From Candidatus Altiarchaeota archaeon (lineage in GTDB: Archaea > Altiarchaeota > Altiarchaeia > IMC4 > QMZM01), in NCBI GenBank assembly GCA_016931955.1, contig JAFGDV010000043.1, positions 1-44,314 of the forward strand: DNA of 44,314 nt, written 5' to 3'. The translations under genes and the position numbers were made by a program. Every line of letters starts with the position of its first letter. Within the stretch, counting starts at the first letter, position 1. A model generated the notes under the pieces. That model saw only the letters and a list, made by a program, of their open reading frames with translations. It did no database searches and had not been told where the DNA came from. Shown in pieces: positions 8,393 through 18,108 of this stretch.

Positions 8393-9327
8393 TCACCCCT
8401 CTCCCCGAACAGACCCTGAGGCCTAAGTATCAAAACAATGATCAGGATAAGGAATGACACTGAATTCTGCCAGGACAGGAATGAGATGTCTGCGGGCAGG
8501 TTCAGGAAGGTTAAAGTGTTGGCTGTTTCCGTCCACAGAGCATTCAGTAACACAAGCAGGGGGTTTTCAGCCAGCCCGAGAAGCAGTCCGGCTAAGATGG
8601 CTCCTTGGATGCTCCCCAGACCGCCTATGATTATCACAGCGAACGCTTTTATAGCAGGCGCCGAGCCGATGTATGGATTGAAGTTTATGCCTGATATGCA
8701 CCACAGGGCGCCAGCAGCAGCTGCTAACGCAGAACCAAGACCGAAGCTTATCATGTCCATGCGCTCCACGTTTATACCCATCAGCATCGCAGCCTCCCTG
8801 TTCTGGCTCGTAGCCCTCATGGCCCTCCCAAGGGTTGTCTTCTTAAGGAAGACCTGCAAAAGAACTAATAACACCATAGTTATGCCTATGATTATTAGGT
8901 AATCCAGTGGGATCTGCCTTGAACCAAGGCTTATCGAATCAAATTCAAATGGACTCCGTATCGTCCTAGAACCGGTTCCCCAGATAAGCGCCACAGCGTT
9001 CTGCAGCAGATATATGAGGCCGAGGCTGAGGAATATCTCATTCAGCTTGCCGGTACCCATGATCGGCCTAAACCCCAGCCGCTCAATAAGGATTCCGACA
9101 AAAGCCATCAAAAAAACTGATATTGGGATCACAAGGTAAGGGTTCAAGTCAAAGAATTCATGTATGAAGAAGGTGAAATACATCGACAGCATAAGAAGCT
9201 CGCCGTGAGCGAAGTTCACAACCTTCATGACGCCAAAGATCAGGTTCAACCCGATCGCTAAGAGGATGTAGATACAGCCAGCCAACAGCCCCCAGATGGT
9301 TATCTGAACCAAGCTACCCAGATCCAT
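8389..9327 (-). CDS. livH: HAAT ABC transporter permease
   Basis: GLNLIFGVMKVVNFAHGE, GRAMRATSQNREAAMLMGIN, IIGGLGS, RPQGLFG. Confidence 0.93.
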   Translation of the reverse strand: MDLGSLVQITIWGLLAGCIYILLAIGLNLIFGVMKVVNFAHGELLMLSMYFTFFIHEFFDLNPYLVIPISVFLMAFVGILIERLGFRPIMGTGKLNEIFLSLGLIYLLQNAVALIWGTGSRTIRSPFEFDSISLGSRQIPLDYLIIIGITMVLLVLLQVFLKKTTLGRAMRATSQNREAAMLMGINVERMDMISFGLGSALAAAAGALWCISGINFNPYIGSAPAIKAFAVIIIGGLGSIQGAILAGLLLGLAENPLLVLLNALWTETANTLTFLNLPADISFLSWQNSVSFLILIIVLILRPQGLFGERGE

Positions 9328-9399
9328 TTAGCATATGCCCTAATAAGAATAGGAATAGGTAAATAAAGTAAAAAAAAGAAAAAGGGTTATGAAACAGGC

Positions 9400-10719
9400 C
9401 TACTGACCCGGCTCATACCAATCAGGCAATACAAAATCAGCCTCCTTCAGATGGGCGGGCCACACAATAACCGGCCGTGTCTCGCCCAGGGACTCATTCC
9501 ATCTCAACTGCTCCATGTAGAACAGGAATTTGCTTTCCCTGTAGTCGTCAGAGAAGCTTATTACGCCGCCTTCCATGGCCTCGATGAACTCAGGCATCTC
9601 TAACGCATCTAATTCATCCCTGACCGCTGCCTTATCCAGTGTGCCTGCGTTCTCGATCGCCTGGGCTGCTATGTACACTCCCTCATACGTTGAAGCACCC
9701 ATCATGCTCGGAAAACTGCCGAACCTGGCTTTGAAGTCGTCCTTGAACTTCATGGCGGCCTTATATACCGGCCTGTCCGGAACAGCGTAGGGCCCGAATC
9801 TGCTCTCCTGTATCGAATAATCACCCCACTTTCCAACACCAGTATAGTAGTCAGGGTCATCGTTGCACTCAATCGATAGGAAGAGCGAGTTCATGCCAAC
9901 ATCCCTCCTGCCCTGAAGAACCAACGGGGATTGCTCGTTAAGGACCGCCCCAGGATATATTATATCCGGCTTAGCGTCCTTCAACACAGTCAGAACCGTT
10001 TGATAGGCTGTTTCACCCGTCTTGAACTTCTCGGCAGCCACGATCTCCATGTTGAGGTTGTTTCTCTCTATCGCGTTCTGCGCCCCACTGTAAACGCCTT
10101 CACCGAACTTGCTGTCCTCATAGGCGATCCCGATCAGGATCTTCCTGTTAGAGGGCAGATTGAAGCGCTGGTATATTAAAGGCTTCACAACAGCGTCCAC
10201 GAAAAGCAGTGTTGCTTCTGCATAGTCATCCGTGGTAGGGCAGTGATGGAAGAAATAGGATGTGTCAATATCCGTCCTCCTCGTGATAACAGAAGAGGAT
10301 GCGCCAGTTATTATGAAGGGCACTTTGTTTTCTGATGCAACCACCGAATCAGCGTATGTTGTTCCGCTGGAGAAACCACCAACAAGTATATCAACGTTGT
10401 CCTCGGTGATAAGCTTCGTTACCGCCTTGACCCCCTCTTGAGGATCCGACTGCACATCGCCCTTAACTAATTTGATCTGCATCATAACGCCGTTGACGTT
10501 AACGCCGCCCTGGGCGTTTATCTCATCCGCGGCAAGGGTAGCAGCCTGCCACATGTCGTTGCCGGTAGTGCTCATCCCACCAGTCAAGGGAGCCACAATA
10601 CCAATTTTTATCTCATTCCTCTCCACAGCACCGCCGCCGGTATCAGTCGACTGCTGCGTACAACCCAAAAAAAACAAAACAAAAACACACAAAGCCGTTA
10701 AAAAAAATCTCCTATCCAA
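9400..10719 (-). CDS. HAAT ABC transporter substrate-binding lipoprotein (LivK-like)
   Basis: FLGC lipobox, IKIGIVAPLTG, DEINAQGG; AGGAGGTG RBS favours the TTG start at 10719 over GTG 10731. Confidence 0.88.
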   Translation of the reverse strand: MDRRFFLTALCVFVLFFLGCTQQSTDTGGGAVERNEIKIGIVAPLTGGMSTTGNDMWQAATLAADEINAQGGVNVNGVMMQIKLVKGDVQSDPQEGVKAVTKLITEDNVDILVGGFSSGTTYADSVVASENKVPFIITGASSSVITRRTDIDTSYFFHHCPTTDDYAEATLLFVDAVVKPLIYQRFNLPSNRKILIGIAYEDSKFGEGVYSGAQNAIERNNLNMEIVAAEKFKTGETAYQTVLTVLKDAKPDIIYPGAVLNEQSPLVLQGRRDVGMNSLFLSIECNDDPDYYTGVGKWGDYSIQESRFGPYAVPDRPVYKAAMKFKDDFKARFGSFPSMMGASTYEGVYIAAQAIENAGTLDKAAVRDELDALEMPEFIEAMEGGVISFSDDYRESKFLFYMEQLRWNESLGETRPVIVWPAHLKEADFVLPDWYEPGQ

Positions 10720-10770
10720 TTTAGATAACACCTCCTTATCTATTGAAATAGATGTTTTATAAAGCAGATT

Positions 10771-12060
10771 TCAGACCTCCCTCAGATCAACAACCCGCTT
10801 AGCTTTGCCTTCGCTGCGCTGGATGCTCTTAGGCTCCACCAATTCCACAACGGCAGAAACACACAATCCCTCCCTTAGTTCACGCTCAAGCCTATTCTTC
10901 AAGTCTCGGAGAGCTACCTCACTCCCCCTAAAGATCTCCTCCGTTACCTCCACCCTGAAGTTGAGGGAATCCATGGAAGCCTTCCGGTCCACGATGATCT
11001 GATAGCTGTCCCCGATCCCGGGGAAACCCAAGGCAATGTCCTCGAACTGCGAAGGAAAGACGTTAACGCCCCTGATGATCAACATATCATCAGTCCTGCC
11101 CCTAATCCTTGAGATCCGACCATGGGTCCTGCCGCAGGAACACTCTTCATCTACGAAAGCGGTAAGGTCGCCTGTCCGATACCTAAGCAAGGGAAGACCC
11201 TCCCTCGTCAGGGTTGAAAGGACAAGCTCGCCTTTCTCCACAGCATTGCCCTCAGAGTCAACGACCTCCGGGAGGAAGTGATCACGCCACAGATGCATTC
11301 CGCTTTTCTCCTCACACTCTATGCAGACACCGGGACCGCACATCTCAGAGAGGCCATAATTGTCAAATGCATCAATACCGAAACCGAATTCGATCTTCTT
11401 CCGCATGGACTCAGACCAGGGCTCGGCGCCGAAGACACCAATGCGCAGACTAAGATCATCCCCCCTCAAACCCATCTCCTCCATGACCTCCGCCATGTGC
11501 AAGGCATAACTCGGAGTAGAGCTGAACACGGTCGTCTTCAGATCCAGCATCGTTGTAAGCTGCCGCTTCGTGTTGCCTGCGCCGGCAGGGATGACCATAG
11601 AGCCAATACGCTCAGCCCCCTGCTGAAAACCGAAGCCACCGGTAAAGAACGCAAAGTTATAGATCAACTGTACGACGTCCTGCTTAGTGACGCCGACCAT
11701 ATACAGTTCACGAGCCATCAACTCAGACCAATTATCGAGGTCATTCCTCGTATAAGGGAAGATCTTCGGCTTACCCGTGGTGCCGGAAGAAGCATGGATC
11801 CTGACAATCTCTTCAAGAGGGACAGCGGCCAAACCAAAGGGATAATTATCCAATAGATCCTGCCGGGTGGTGAAAGGCAACTTAGAGATATCCTCCAAGG
11901 ATTTGATGTCGTCGGGTTTAATACCCAGGTCATCGAATCTACGGCGATAAAAGGGGACCCTGGAATAGCATATCTTCGCTGTTTTCCTGAGCCTTTTCAA
12001 CTGGAGGGCCTCCAGTTTCTCATGATGCAGGGTCTCCGTCTTTTTGTCCCAGAACGGCAT
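10771..12060 (-). CDS. paaK: Phenylacetate/aryl-acetate-CoA ligase, paralog 1
   Basis: HASSGTTGKP, GAEPWSE, NYGLSE, RYRTGD, GRTDDMLIIRGVNVFPSQ, RSEGKAKR. Confidence 0.93.
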   Translation of the reverse strand: MPFWDKKTETLHHEKLEALQLKRLRKTAKICYSRVPFYRRRFDDLGIKPDDIKSLEDISKLPFTTRQDLLDNYPFGLAAVPLEEIVRIHASSGTTGKPKIFPYTRNDLDNWSELMARELYMVGVTKQDVVQLIYNFAFFTGGFGFQQGAERIGSMVIPAGAGNTKRQLTTMLDLKTTVFSSTPSYALHMAEVMEEMGLRGDDLSLRIGVFGAEPWSESMRKKIEFGFGIDAFDNYGLSEMCGPGVCIECEEKSGMHLWRDHFLPEVVDSEGNAVEKGELVLSTLTREGLPLLRYRTGDLTAFVDEECSCGRTHGRISRIRGRTDDMLIIRGVNVFPSQFEDIALGFPGIGDSYQIIVDRKASMDSLNFRVEVTEEIFRGSEVALRDLKNRLERELREGLCVSAVVELVEPKSIQRSEGKAKRVVDLREV

Positions 12061-12112
12061 ATTATAATAAATACTCTACAATAAATATATCGGAAAAAAA
12101 CGGGGTGGAAAA
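12061..12112. promoter_or_regulatory. Bidirectional promoter between the two paaK paralogs
   Basis: 52-bp AT-rich spacer with TATA-like ATAAATA/TTTATTAT tracts; GGGGTGG RBS before 12113. Confidence 0.5.
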
Positions 12113-13417
12113 ATGTACTGGAACAAGGAGGCTGAGACCCTTAAACCGGACGAACTAAAGAGGCTGCAGGGGAAGAGACTGAGGAAACTGGTAAAATACG
12201 TATACGACAGATCCGCATTATATAGAAACAAATTCAAGGAAGCAGGGATAAAGCCAGCTGATATAAAAGAGATCTCAGACATAACAAAGCTGCCCTACAC
12301 GACGAAGCAGGATTTACGGGACAACTACCCATTCAACATGTTCTGCGTCCCAATGGAGGAGATCGTGAGAATACACGCATCCTCCGGGACAACAGGGAAA
12401 CCAACAGTCGTAGGCTACACGAGGAACGACATAGACATGTGGACTGAGGCGATGGCGAGAACAATAGTGGCGCCAGGAGGCTCAAAGAAGGACATACTGC
12501 ATAATGCGTACGGCTACGGTCTGTTCACCGGCGGCCTGGGATTCCACTACGGCGGAGAACGAGTAGGTTGCGCAGTTATCCCAGTCTCCGGAGGGAACAC
12601 CAAAAGACAGCTATTACTGCTGAAAGACTTCGGGGGAACTATTCTTTCATGCACGCCATCATACTCAATATACCTAGCCGAGGCCGCAGTCAACGAAGGC
12701 ATGGACCCCAAAGAAGACTTCAAGCTGAGGGTAGGAATATTCGGGGCAGAACCATGGTCCAACGCTATGAGAAAGAGGATAGAGGACGCACTGGACATTA
12801 AGGCGACAGACGTTTATGGATTGTCGGAGATATGCGGGCCAGGTGTTGCACAAGAATGCGAAGAACAGGCTGGCGCACACATCTGGTCAGACCACTTCTA
12901 TCCAGAGGTGATCGATCCAAATACAGGGGAACAGGTTGGTGAAGGAGAACAAGGAGAACTGGTATTCACGACACTGACAAAGGAAGGCATCCCATTGATA
13001 AGGTACAGAACCAGGGATCTCACGGTGTTAGACCACGAAAAATGCGCGTGCGGAAGATACCATCCAAGGATGCTGCGTATCAGGGGAAGATCAGACGACA
13101 TGTTGATCATTAGGGGAGTGAACGTTTTCCCCTCACAGATAGAGCATGTCTTGATGAAGTTCTCAGACTTCGCAGCACACTACCTGCTGGTGCTTGGAAA
13201 AAAGGGTCCCTTGGACACCCTAACGGTGAAGGCCGAAGTCACACCCGAAGTGATCAGCGACAAAGTCAAGGACATGATGAAGCTAAAGGCCGCACTGAAA
13301 TCCGAGCTAGAGCAGGCGTTGGGCATCTCCATCGACGTAGAATTAGTGGAACCTGGAACCATACCAAGGAGCGAAGGAAAAGCCGTCAGAATAAAAGACG
13401 AAAGAGGTGATTTATGA
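12113..13417 (+). CDS. paaK: Phenylacetate/aryl-acetate-CoA ligase, paralog 2
   Basis: HASSGTTGKP, YGYGLFTGGLG, VYGLSE, RYRTRD, GRSDDMLIIRGVNVFPSQ. Confidence 0.95.
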   Translation: MYWNKEAETLKPDELKRLQGKRLRKLVKYVYDRSALYRNKFKEAGIKPADIKEISDITKLPYTTKQDLRDNYPFNMFCVPMEEIVRIHASSGTTGKPTVVGYTRNDIDMWTEAMARTIVAPGGSKKDILHNAYGYGLFTGGLGFHYGGERVGCAVIPVSGGNTKRQLLLLKDFGGTILSCTPSYSIYLAEAAVNEGMDPKEDFKLRVGIFGAEPWSNAMRKRIEDALDIKATDVYGLSEICGPGVAQECEEQAGAHIWSDHFYPEVIDPNTGEQVGEGEQGELVFTTLTKEGIPLIRYRTRDLTVLDHEKCACGRYHPRMLRIRGRSDDMLIIRGVNVFPSQIEHVLMKFSDFAAHYLLVLGKKGPLDTLTVKAEVTPEVISDKVKDMMKLKAALKSELEQALGISIDVELVEPGTIPRSEGKAVRIKDERGDL

Positions 13418-13845
13418 TGATAAAACAGATCTCTATCTTCATGAAAAACGAGCCAGGAAGGCTGCTGAAGGTTACCAAGATACTTGCTGATTCAGGAATA
13501 GACATCAGGGCATTGACTGTCGCAGAGACAGCAGACTTCGGAATACTGAGGCTGATAGTCAACGAACCAGACAAAGCCTATAGAGTATTGAAGGAGAAAG
13601 AAATCGCGGTAGTAGAACACGACGTCTTAGGCGTGGAAGTAAACGACAGACCAGGCGGTCTCGCAAGGATAGCTGAAATACTCAACAACGAAGGGATCAA
13701 TATAGAATACATGTATGCGTTCGTCACCAAAAGCCACGAAAAAGCCTACGTAGTCTTAAGATTGGATGACCTCGAAAAGGGGAAAAAGATACTGGAGAAA
13801 AAAGGCATCAGACTGGTGACAACAGAAGAACTGAGCGAAATCTAG
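13414..13845 (+). CDS. Tandem ACT-domain protein (typical paaK neighbour)
   Basis: KQISIFMKNEPGRL, ADFGILRLIV, DRPGGLA, INIEYMYAF. Confidence 0.9.
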   Translation: MMIKQISIFMKNEPGRLLKVTKILADSGIDIRALTVAETADFGILRLIVNEPDKAYRVLKEKEIAVVEHDVLGVEVNDRPGGLARIAEILNNEGINIEYMYAFVTKSHEKAYVVLRLDDLEKGKKILEKKGIRLVTTEELSEI

Positions 13846-14648
13846 ACCAGGAGTGACAGATATTGACGAGGATTATCTGATAGGATCTTCACAGCATCCT
13901 CTCCGAGAATCCTCTCCAACTCTTTTCTCTCCCTTCCAGGATCGGTCCAGGGGAAATCTGTTCCAAATATTACTCGCTCCAAGCCGATCTCATCGACAAC
14001 AGAAAGAAAATCCTTATCTGGAAGATTCCTGGGACAGAAGGCAGTATCATACCACACATTCCTGTAACCGGTAACGCAATGGAGGGAATCCCAGGTCTTA
14101 TAGCCGCCAAGATGAGCCAGCTGAATCACAAGATCAGGGAAGGACTCCAAGACTTGGGTGAAGTGCATGGGGTGAGCATACATGGGCTCGAAATGCAATA
14201 CCTCATCACCGCAGTGGAACGCCAAGCCAAGATCAAGCTCAGATAATCTCTCATAGATCGGGAAAAAACGTTCATCATCTGGATAAAAACGGTGAGCATT
14301 AGGCTGCAACTTTATACCGAAAAGACCCAGTTCTTTGATGCGCTCCAATTCATCTAAGGGATTCTCAAAGGTGGGATGCAGGCCGCCGAAGAATAAAAGG
14401 TGGGGATTAGATCTCTGGGTTTCCGCGCACCAATCATTGAAGGAAACAACATGCTCGGGACGGTTTATCGACGAAAGAATCAAGGATTTGTCTATTCCAC
14501 CAGAGTCCATCGCCGAGAGGATGCCTTCCACTGTTGCGGGATGCGCCGCCTTCGCTCCATAGACCTCCTCTATTCTTGGAACGACTTTGGCTGCGACCTC
14601 GTCAGGGTATATGTGGGCGTGACAGTCCACTATAAAGGCTTCAACCAT
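13842..14648 (-). CDS. Amidohydrolase_2 family metallo-hydrolase
   Basis: IVDCHAH, GIKLQP, FHCG, LAHLGG, YDTA, FGTDFPW. Confidence 0.88.
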   Translation of the reverse strand: MVEAFIVDCHAHIYPDEVAAKVVPRIEEVYGAKAAHPATVEGILSAMDSGGIDKSLILSSINRPEHVVSFNDWCAETQRSNPHLLFFGGLHPTFENPLDELERIKELGLFGIKLQPNAHRFYPDDERFFPIYERLSELDLGLAFHCGDEVLHFEPMYAHPMHFTQVLESFPDLVIQLAHLGGYKTWDSLHCVTGYRNVWYDTAFCPRNLPDKDFLSVVDEIGLERVIFGTDFPWTDPGRERKELERILGEDAVKILSDNPRQYLSLLV

Positions 14649-14686
14649 AATAGGACTAAAGATTACGTAGATAAAAAAAAAGGTCG

Positions 14687-14738
14687 GTTTCAGTTTCTGT
14701 TACAGTTGTTTCAGTCTAGGATATAGCGTGTTTCATCG
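14687..14738 (+). promoter_or_regulatory. Four-box GTT(T/A)CA direct-repeat promoter, copy 1
   Basis: GTTTCA 14687, GTTACA 14699, GTTTCA 14708, TATA 14722, GTTTCATCG 14730; GAGGTGA RBS downstream. Confidence 0.75.
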
Positions 14739-14769
14739 AAGTAATCAAAAAAAAAAGAGGTGAAATTGG

Positions 14770-15213
14770 ATGGAAAAAAAGTTTCTGGTTGCCGGCTTCG
14801 CAGCCCTCCTCATAGCAGGATTTGTGGTTGCTGGGGCTACGATGCGCGGCGGAAGACCGGGTCTTCCAGGGGCTCCTGGAGATCATACAGCCATGCTGCA
14901 AGACCTCGGTTTATCCGAGAACTCAACCCCTGAGGAAGTAAGAGAAGCCATGTTTAACAGGAGACTGGAGGAACTAGGCCTGACGGAGGACTCCACAATA
15001 AAGGAGCTGAGGGAGGCTATGGAAGCAAAGAGTCAGACCATGGGGGAGGAAAGACTGATGGACTTAAAGGAAAGGCTTGGCCTATCAGAGGACGCAACCG
15101 AGGAAGACATAGAGGAAGCCCTCAAAGAAAAACAGGGAGACTGTAAGGTATTTGGCCGCGGGAGAGGACCACATGACAGGGGAATGGGACTCTCCATCTA
15201 CGACATCATTTGA
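14770..15213 (+). CDS. Secreted acidic helical protein with three LGL(S/T)E repeats
   Basis: Signal peptide; LGLSENSTPEEVREA / LGLTEDSTIKELREA / LGLSEDATEEDIEEA; Gly/Arg/Met-rich termini. Confidence 0.8.
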   Translation: MEKKFLVAGFAALLIAGFVVAGATMRGGRPGLPGAPGDHTAMLQDLGLSENSTPEEVREAMFNRRLEELGLTEDSTIKELREAMEAKSQTMGEERLMDLKERLGLSEDATEEDIEEALKEKQGDCKVFGRGRGPHDRGMGLSIYDII

Positions 15214-15262
15214 GGACAAACCCGCACACAAGATGTGCAGCGTGTCCTCTTCTTTTATTTTT
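15212..15262 (+). terminator. Stem-loop plus T-tract
   Basis: GAGGACA/TGTCCTC outer stem, GCACA/TGTGC inner stem, then TTCTTTTATTTTT. Confidence 0.55.
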
Positions 15263-15296
15263 CTAAACCGATATAGTAAGGTGTGAGGTGAAACAG

Positions 15297-15566
15297 GTGA
15301 GTACAACAACAACACTCTTCAATCGTACCGCAAGAGAGTTAATGGATCGAGGTCGAGCACCCTTCTTCGGGCCTGAATTATTCGGCATACCGACCTTCTA
15401 CCTATGGAATCTGTTGGTGGTATTGATCATCGCGTTGATCTTCTACTGGCTCCTAAGAAGCTCAAGAATACATGAAACCCCGATGGATGTCTTAAAGAAG
15501 AGATACGTTCGAGGAGAAATAGACAAAGAAACCTTTGAGGCCATGAAAAAGGACATAACGGATTGA
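15297..15566 (+). CDS. Single-TM SHOCT-domain protein
   Basis: One TM followed by PMDVLKKRYVRGEIDKETFEAMKKDI; GAGGTGA RBS before GTG 15297 (ATG 15342 is an alternative). Confidence 0.85.
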   Translation: MSTTTTLFNRTARELMDRGRAPFFGPELFGIPTFYLWNLLVVLIIALIFYWLLRSSRIHETPMDVLKKRYVRGEIDKETFEAMKKDITD

Positions 15567-15568
15567 AG

Positions 15569-15979
15569 ATGGAAGTCTCCGAGAAGCGGCTTGCTGTGGC
15601 AATAATCGCGGTATTCTGTCTGGGCGTGATGCTCTCCATAATAAACGGATACTACATAGAGGATACCGGGTCCTCGATACCCTTGACGGTCTACGCCATG
15701 ACCGCCGTCGCAATGGTTGTTGGGGCGTTAATCGTCCTATTGTTCCAGTGGAAGATCAGCCAGAAACAGATGCAACGACTACTGAAAGCACTGCCAGAGG
15801 ACGAACACAAGATAGTTGAATTGCTACTGAACGACGGGAAGATGGAGCAAACATATATTGTGGCGGAAAGCGGCCTCTCGAAGGTGAAGGTTTCAAGGAT
15901 CCTGGCGAAACTGGAGCAGAGGAAGGTAATAGAGAAGAAACCCTTAGGGAACACCAATTTGATAAAGCTAAGGATATGA
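15569..15979 (+). CDS. Membrane-anchored (2 TM) winged-HTH transcriptional regulator
   Basis: Two TM helices then LPEDEHKIVELL...MEQTYIVAESGLSKVKVSRILAKLEQRKVIEKKPLGNTNLI. Confidence 0.85.
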   Translation: MEVSEKRLAVAIIAVFCLGVMLSIINGYYIEDTGSSIPLTVYAMTAVAMVVGALIVLLFQWKISQKQMQRLLKALPEDEHKIVELLLNDGKMEQTYIVAESGLSKVKVSRILAKLEQRKVIEKKPLGNTNLIKLRI

Positions 15980-15991
15980 CACTGCAAGGCT

Positions 15992-16043
15992 GTTTCATTT
16001 TATGTTACAGGAGTTTCAGTGCAGGTTATAGGTAGTTTCATCG
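15992..16043 (+). promoter_or_regulatory. Four-box GTT(T/A)CA direct-repeat promoter, copy 2
   Basis: GTTTCA 15992, GTTACA 16004, GTTTCA 16013, TATA 16027, GTTTCATCG 16035; offsets identical to copy 1. Confidence 0.75.
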
Positions 16044-16070
16044 TTCTACTTGCATAGGTGAGGGAAAAAC

Positions 16071-16427
16071 ATGGAGAAGACATGCACAATACTATGTATC
16101 CTCATCATATGCTGCGGATGCCTGAGCAGCCAGGAAACGGTTCAAGAGGAAGAACGGGAAATACCCCAAGGAGGGTATGGTGGGAGAAAACCCCCAGGCA
16201 ATATGACACCAGATATGAGGCCTCCTGGCAATATGACTCATGGTATGAGAGGACTGGGCTTGGATATGACAGAACACGATCTAGATGGTGACGGCCTTCT
16301 CAGTGAGGAAGAAATGATCGCTGCCCGAGAAGCCATGATGGATAATCCTCGATTCATCGAGAGAATCGACTCAGACGGAGACGGCATATTAAACGAAGAA
16401 GAAAAAAACAAAAAACCAACTCAATAA
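16071..16427 (+). CDS. Small lipoprotein with two EF-hand loops and PPGNMT repeats
   Basis: CCGC lipobox; DLDGDGLLSEEE and DSDGDGILNEEE; 30-nt tandem duplication. Confidence 0.8.
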   Translation: MEKTCTILCILIICCGCLSSQETVQEEEREIPQGGYGGRKPPGNMTPDMRPPGNMTHGMRGLGLDMTEHDLDGDGLLSEEEMIAAREAMMDNPRFIERIDSDGDGILNEEEKNKKPTQ

Positions 16428-16440
16428 AGGTGATAAAAAA

Positions 16441-18108
16441 ATGGGAAAAACAACAACGTATGGGATTATTGTGTTGTTCCTATTCGCTGTAGGGGCATGC
16501 GCTGTCAGCGCATATGATGCGACGAATGTGGTAGTAGACTTCGACAAAACAGAGGCTGATGAAAGCCTGCTAGCAGGCGAAAGCGGCGTCCTGAATCTGG
16601 TCATAAAAAATACTGGAGACTATGACGCAGAAGACGTTGAAGTATGGATTCAAAGTAATGCAAAAATAACCTCAAGTAAGAGGCTCTACGTAGGGGTGAT
16701 AGAAGGCGGAGAGTCTAAAACCCTGCTTTTAACGCTGAAGGTAAATGACGACGCAGCCACGGGGCTCGCAGTCATACCAGTAGAGATAAGCTACGACGGA
16801 TACGATAAATACGAGAGACGGAAATATGACCAGCACACGAGCTGGCAGATCCCTCTTAGGATAGAAGGCGACCCGCTGTTTCAGGTAAAACCAGCTAAGA
16901 CGACATTCTACAGAGACAACGTGGATGAGCTGATTCTACAAGTAAAAACAGAGAACTCTGTGAGGAACCTGCAGGCAACCCTGACATCAGAATGCCTGAC
17001 CATAATAGGCTCGTCTAGGGCGTATATTGGAGACATCAACACTGGGAAAGAATTCAACATAACATATGATATAAAGCCGACCGAGGAAGGGGCGTGCACC
17101 GCAGATCTGACGCTAAGCTATTCAGATTCCTTCGGCAGCAAGACAAGCGACGAAATAAACATCGGATTAAACATCGAGGAAGCCGGAGTAGATTTCAGGA
17201 TAACGAACATCAGTTATGATGCGACGGGTCCGGGCCAGACCATGAAACTAAGGCTTTCAGTGAAGAACGTAGGAGAAGCAGATGCAAAGGACACAACCCT
17301 CTCCCTGTCGCTCTCAGACCCCTTCACGACAGCGGACACAACGGAGAAATATGTTGGAAGAGTGAATGCGGGAGAAACAGTGGACGCAGAATTCAATCTT
17401 GCGGTCTCATGGGACGCTGAAACAAAGGTATACTCTGTCCCACTGAACATAGGATACAAGGTCGGCGGTACATCATACACTGCCAAGAAAGACGTTGGAG
17501 TGGACGTTGGTGGACAGGTCAGGTTGGAGATAATCAATGTAGAATCCAGCAGGGGCTCGCTGCAGGTCGACGTAGCCAACGTAGGCACCAGGACCGCGGA
17601 GAGCATTAAGGCGACATTAGTTGTCGGGGATGGAGCAAGATTTGTGAGCTCTTCCACCGCAAGCCAGACAACACGCCAGACCGGCGGCGGCTTAGGAATA
17701 ATACCTGGAATGGGTCGCAGCAGACCCACTACTTCAGGGGATACTGGAAACACCGACCAAACACCCCAAGCTATGGAAGCAACGAACACGTCAGGTCAAC
17801 CCCAGACCTACGTCGCCTATAAGTCGGACATCAAGCCGACAAAGCAGACCACGTTCACATTCGACGCCAGCATCTCAGGGACAGCAACCCTGGTCTTCGA
17901 ATACACTGGAGCCAACAACGAGAGGATAACTCAGAGAGAACAGATAAGCCTGGGTGGAACGAACTCTATGACTGGAGTGACTGGATTCACTGCGGCAACA
18001 GGCTCCAGGGGCAGCACCGGAATAACAACATATCTCATCTACGGAGTGGCTGTTTTGGTGGTTGTTTTCGTCGCATATAAGTTGTATAGGAAACGAAAGA
18101 ATAAGTGA
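16441..18108 (+). CDS. COG1361 S-layer-domain (Ig-like/CARDB repeat) protein with C-terminal TM anchor
   Basis: Signal peptide; repeated KNTG/KNVG/ANVG beta modules; TM plus basic tail; directly upstream of a MacB-type ABC. Confidence 0.85.
   Translation: MGKTTTYGIIVLFLFAVGACAVSAYDATNVVVDFDKTEADESLLAGESGVLNLVIKNTGDYDAEDVEVWIQSNAKITSSKRLYVGVIEGGESKTLLLTLKVNDDAATGLAVIPVEISYDGYDKYERRKYDQHTSWQIPLRIEGDPLFQVKPAKTTFYRDNVDELILQVKTENSVRNLQATLTSECLTIIGSSRAYIGDINTGKEFNITYDIKPTEEGACTADLTLSYSDSFGSKTSDEINIGLNIEEAGVDFRITNISYDATGPGQTMKLRLSVKNVGEADAKDTTLSLSLSDPFTTADTTEKYVGRVNAGETVDAEFNLAVSWDAETKVYSVPLNIGYKVGGTSYTAKKDVGVDVGGQVRLEIINVESSRGSLQVDVANVGTRTAESIKATLVVGDGARFVSSSTASQTTRQTGGGLGIIPGMGRSRPTTSGDTGNTDQTPQAMEATNTSGQPQTYVAYKSDIKPTKQTTFTFDASISGTATLVFEYTGANNERITQREQISLGGTNSMTGVTGFTAATGSRGSTGITTYLIYGVAVLVVVFVAYKLYRKRKNK

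Noticed and set aside
15289-15294. TGAAAC, an inverted copy of the GTTTCA operator box
   Set aside because: Single hexamer overlapping the GAGGTGA RBS; likely chance
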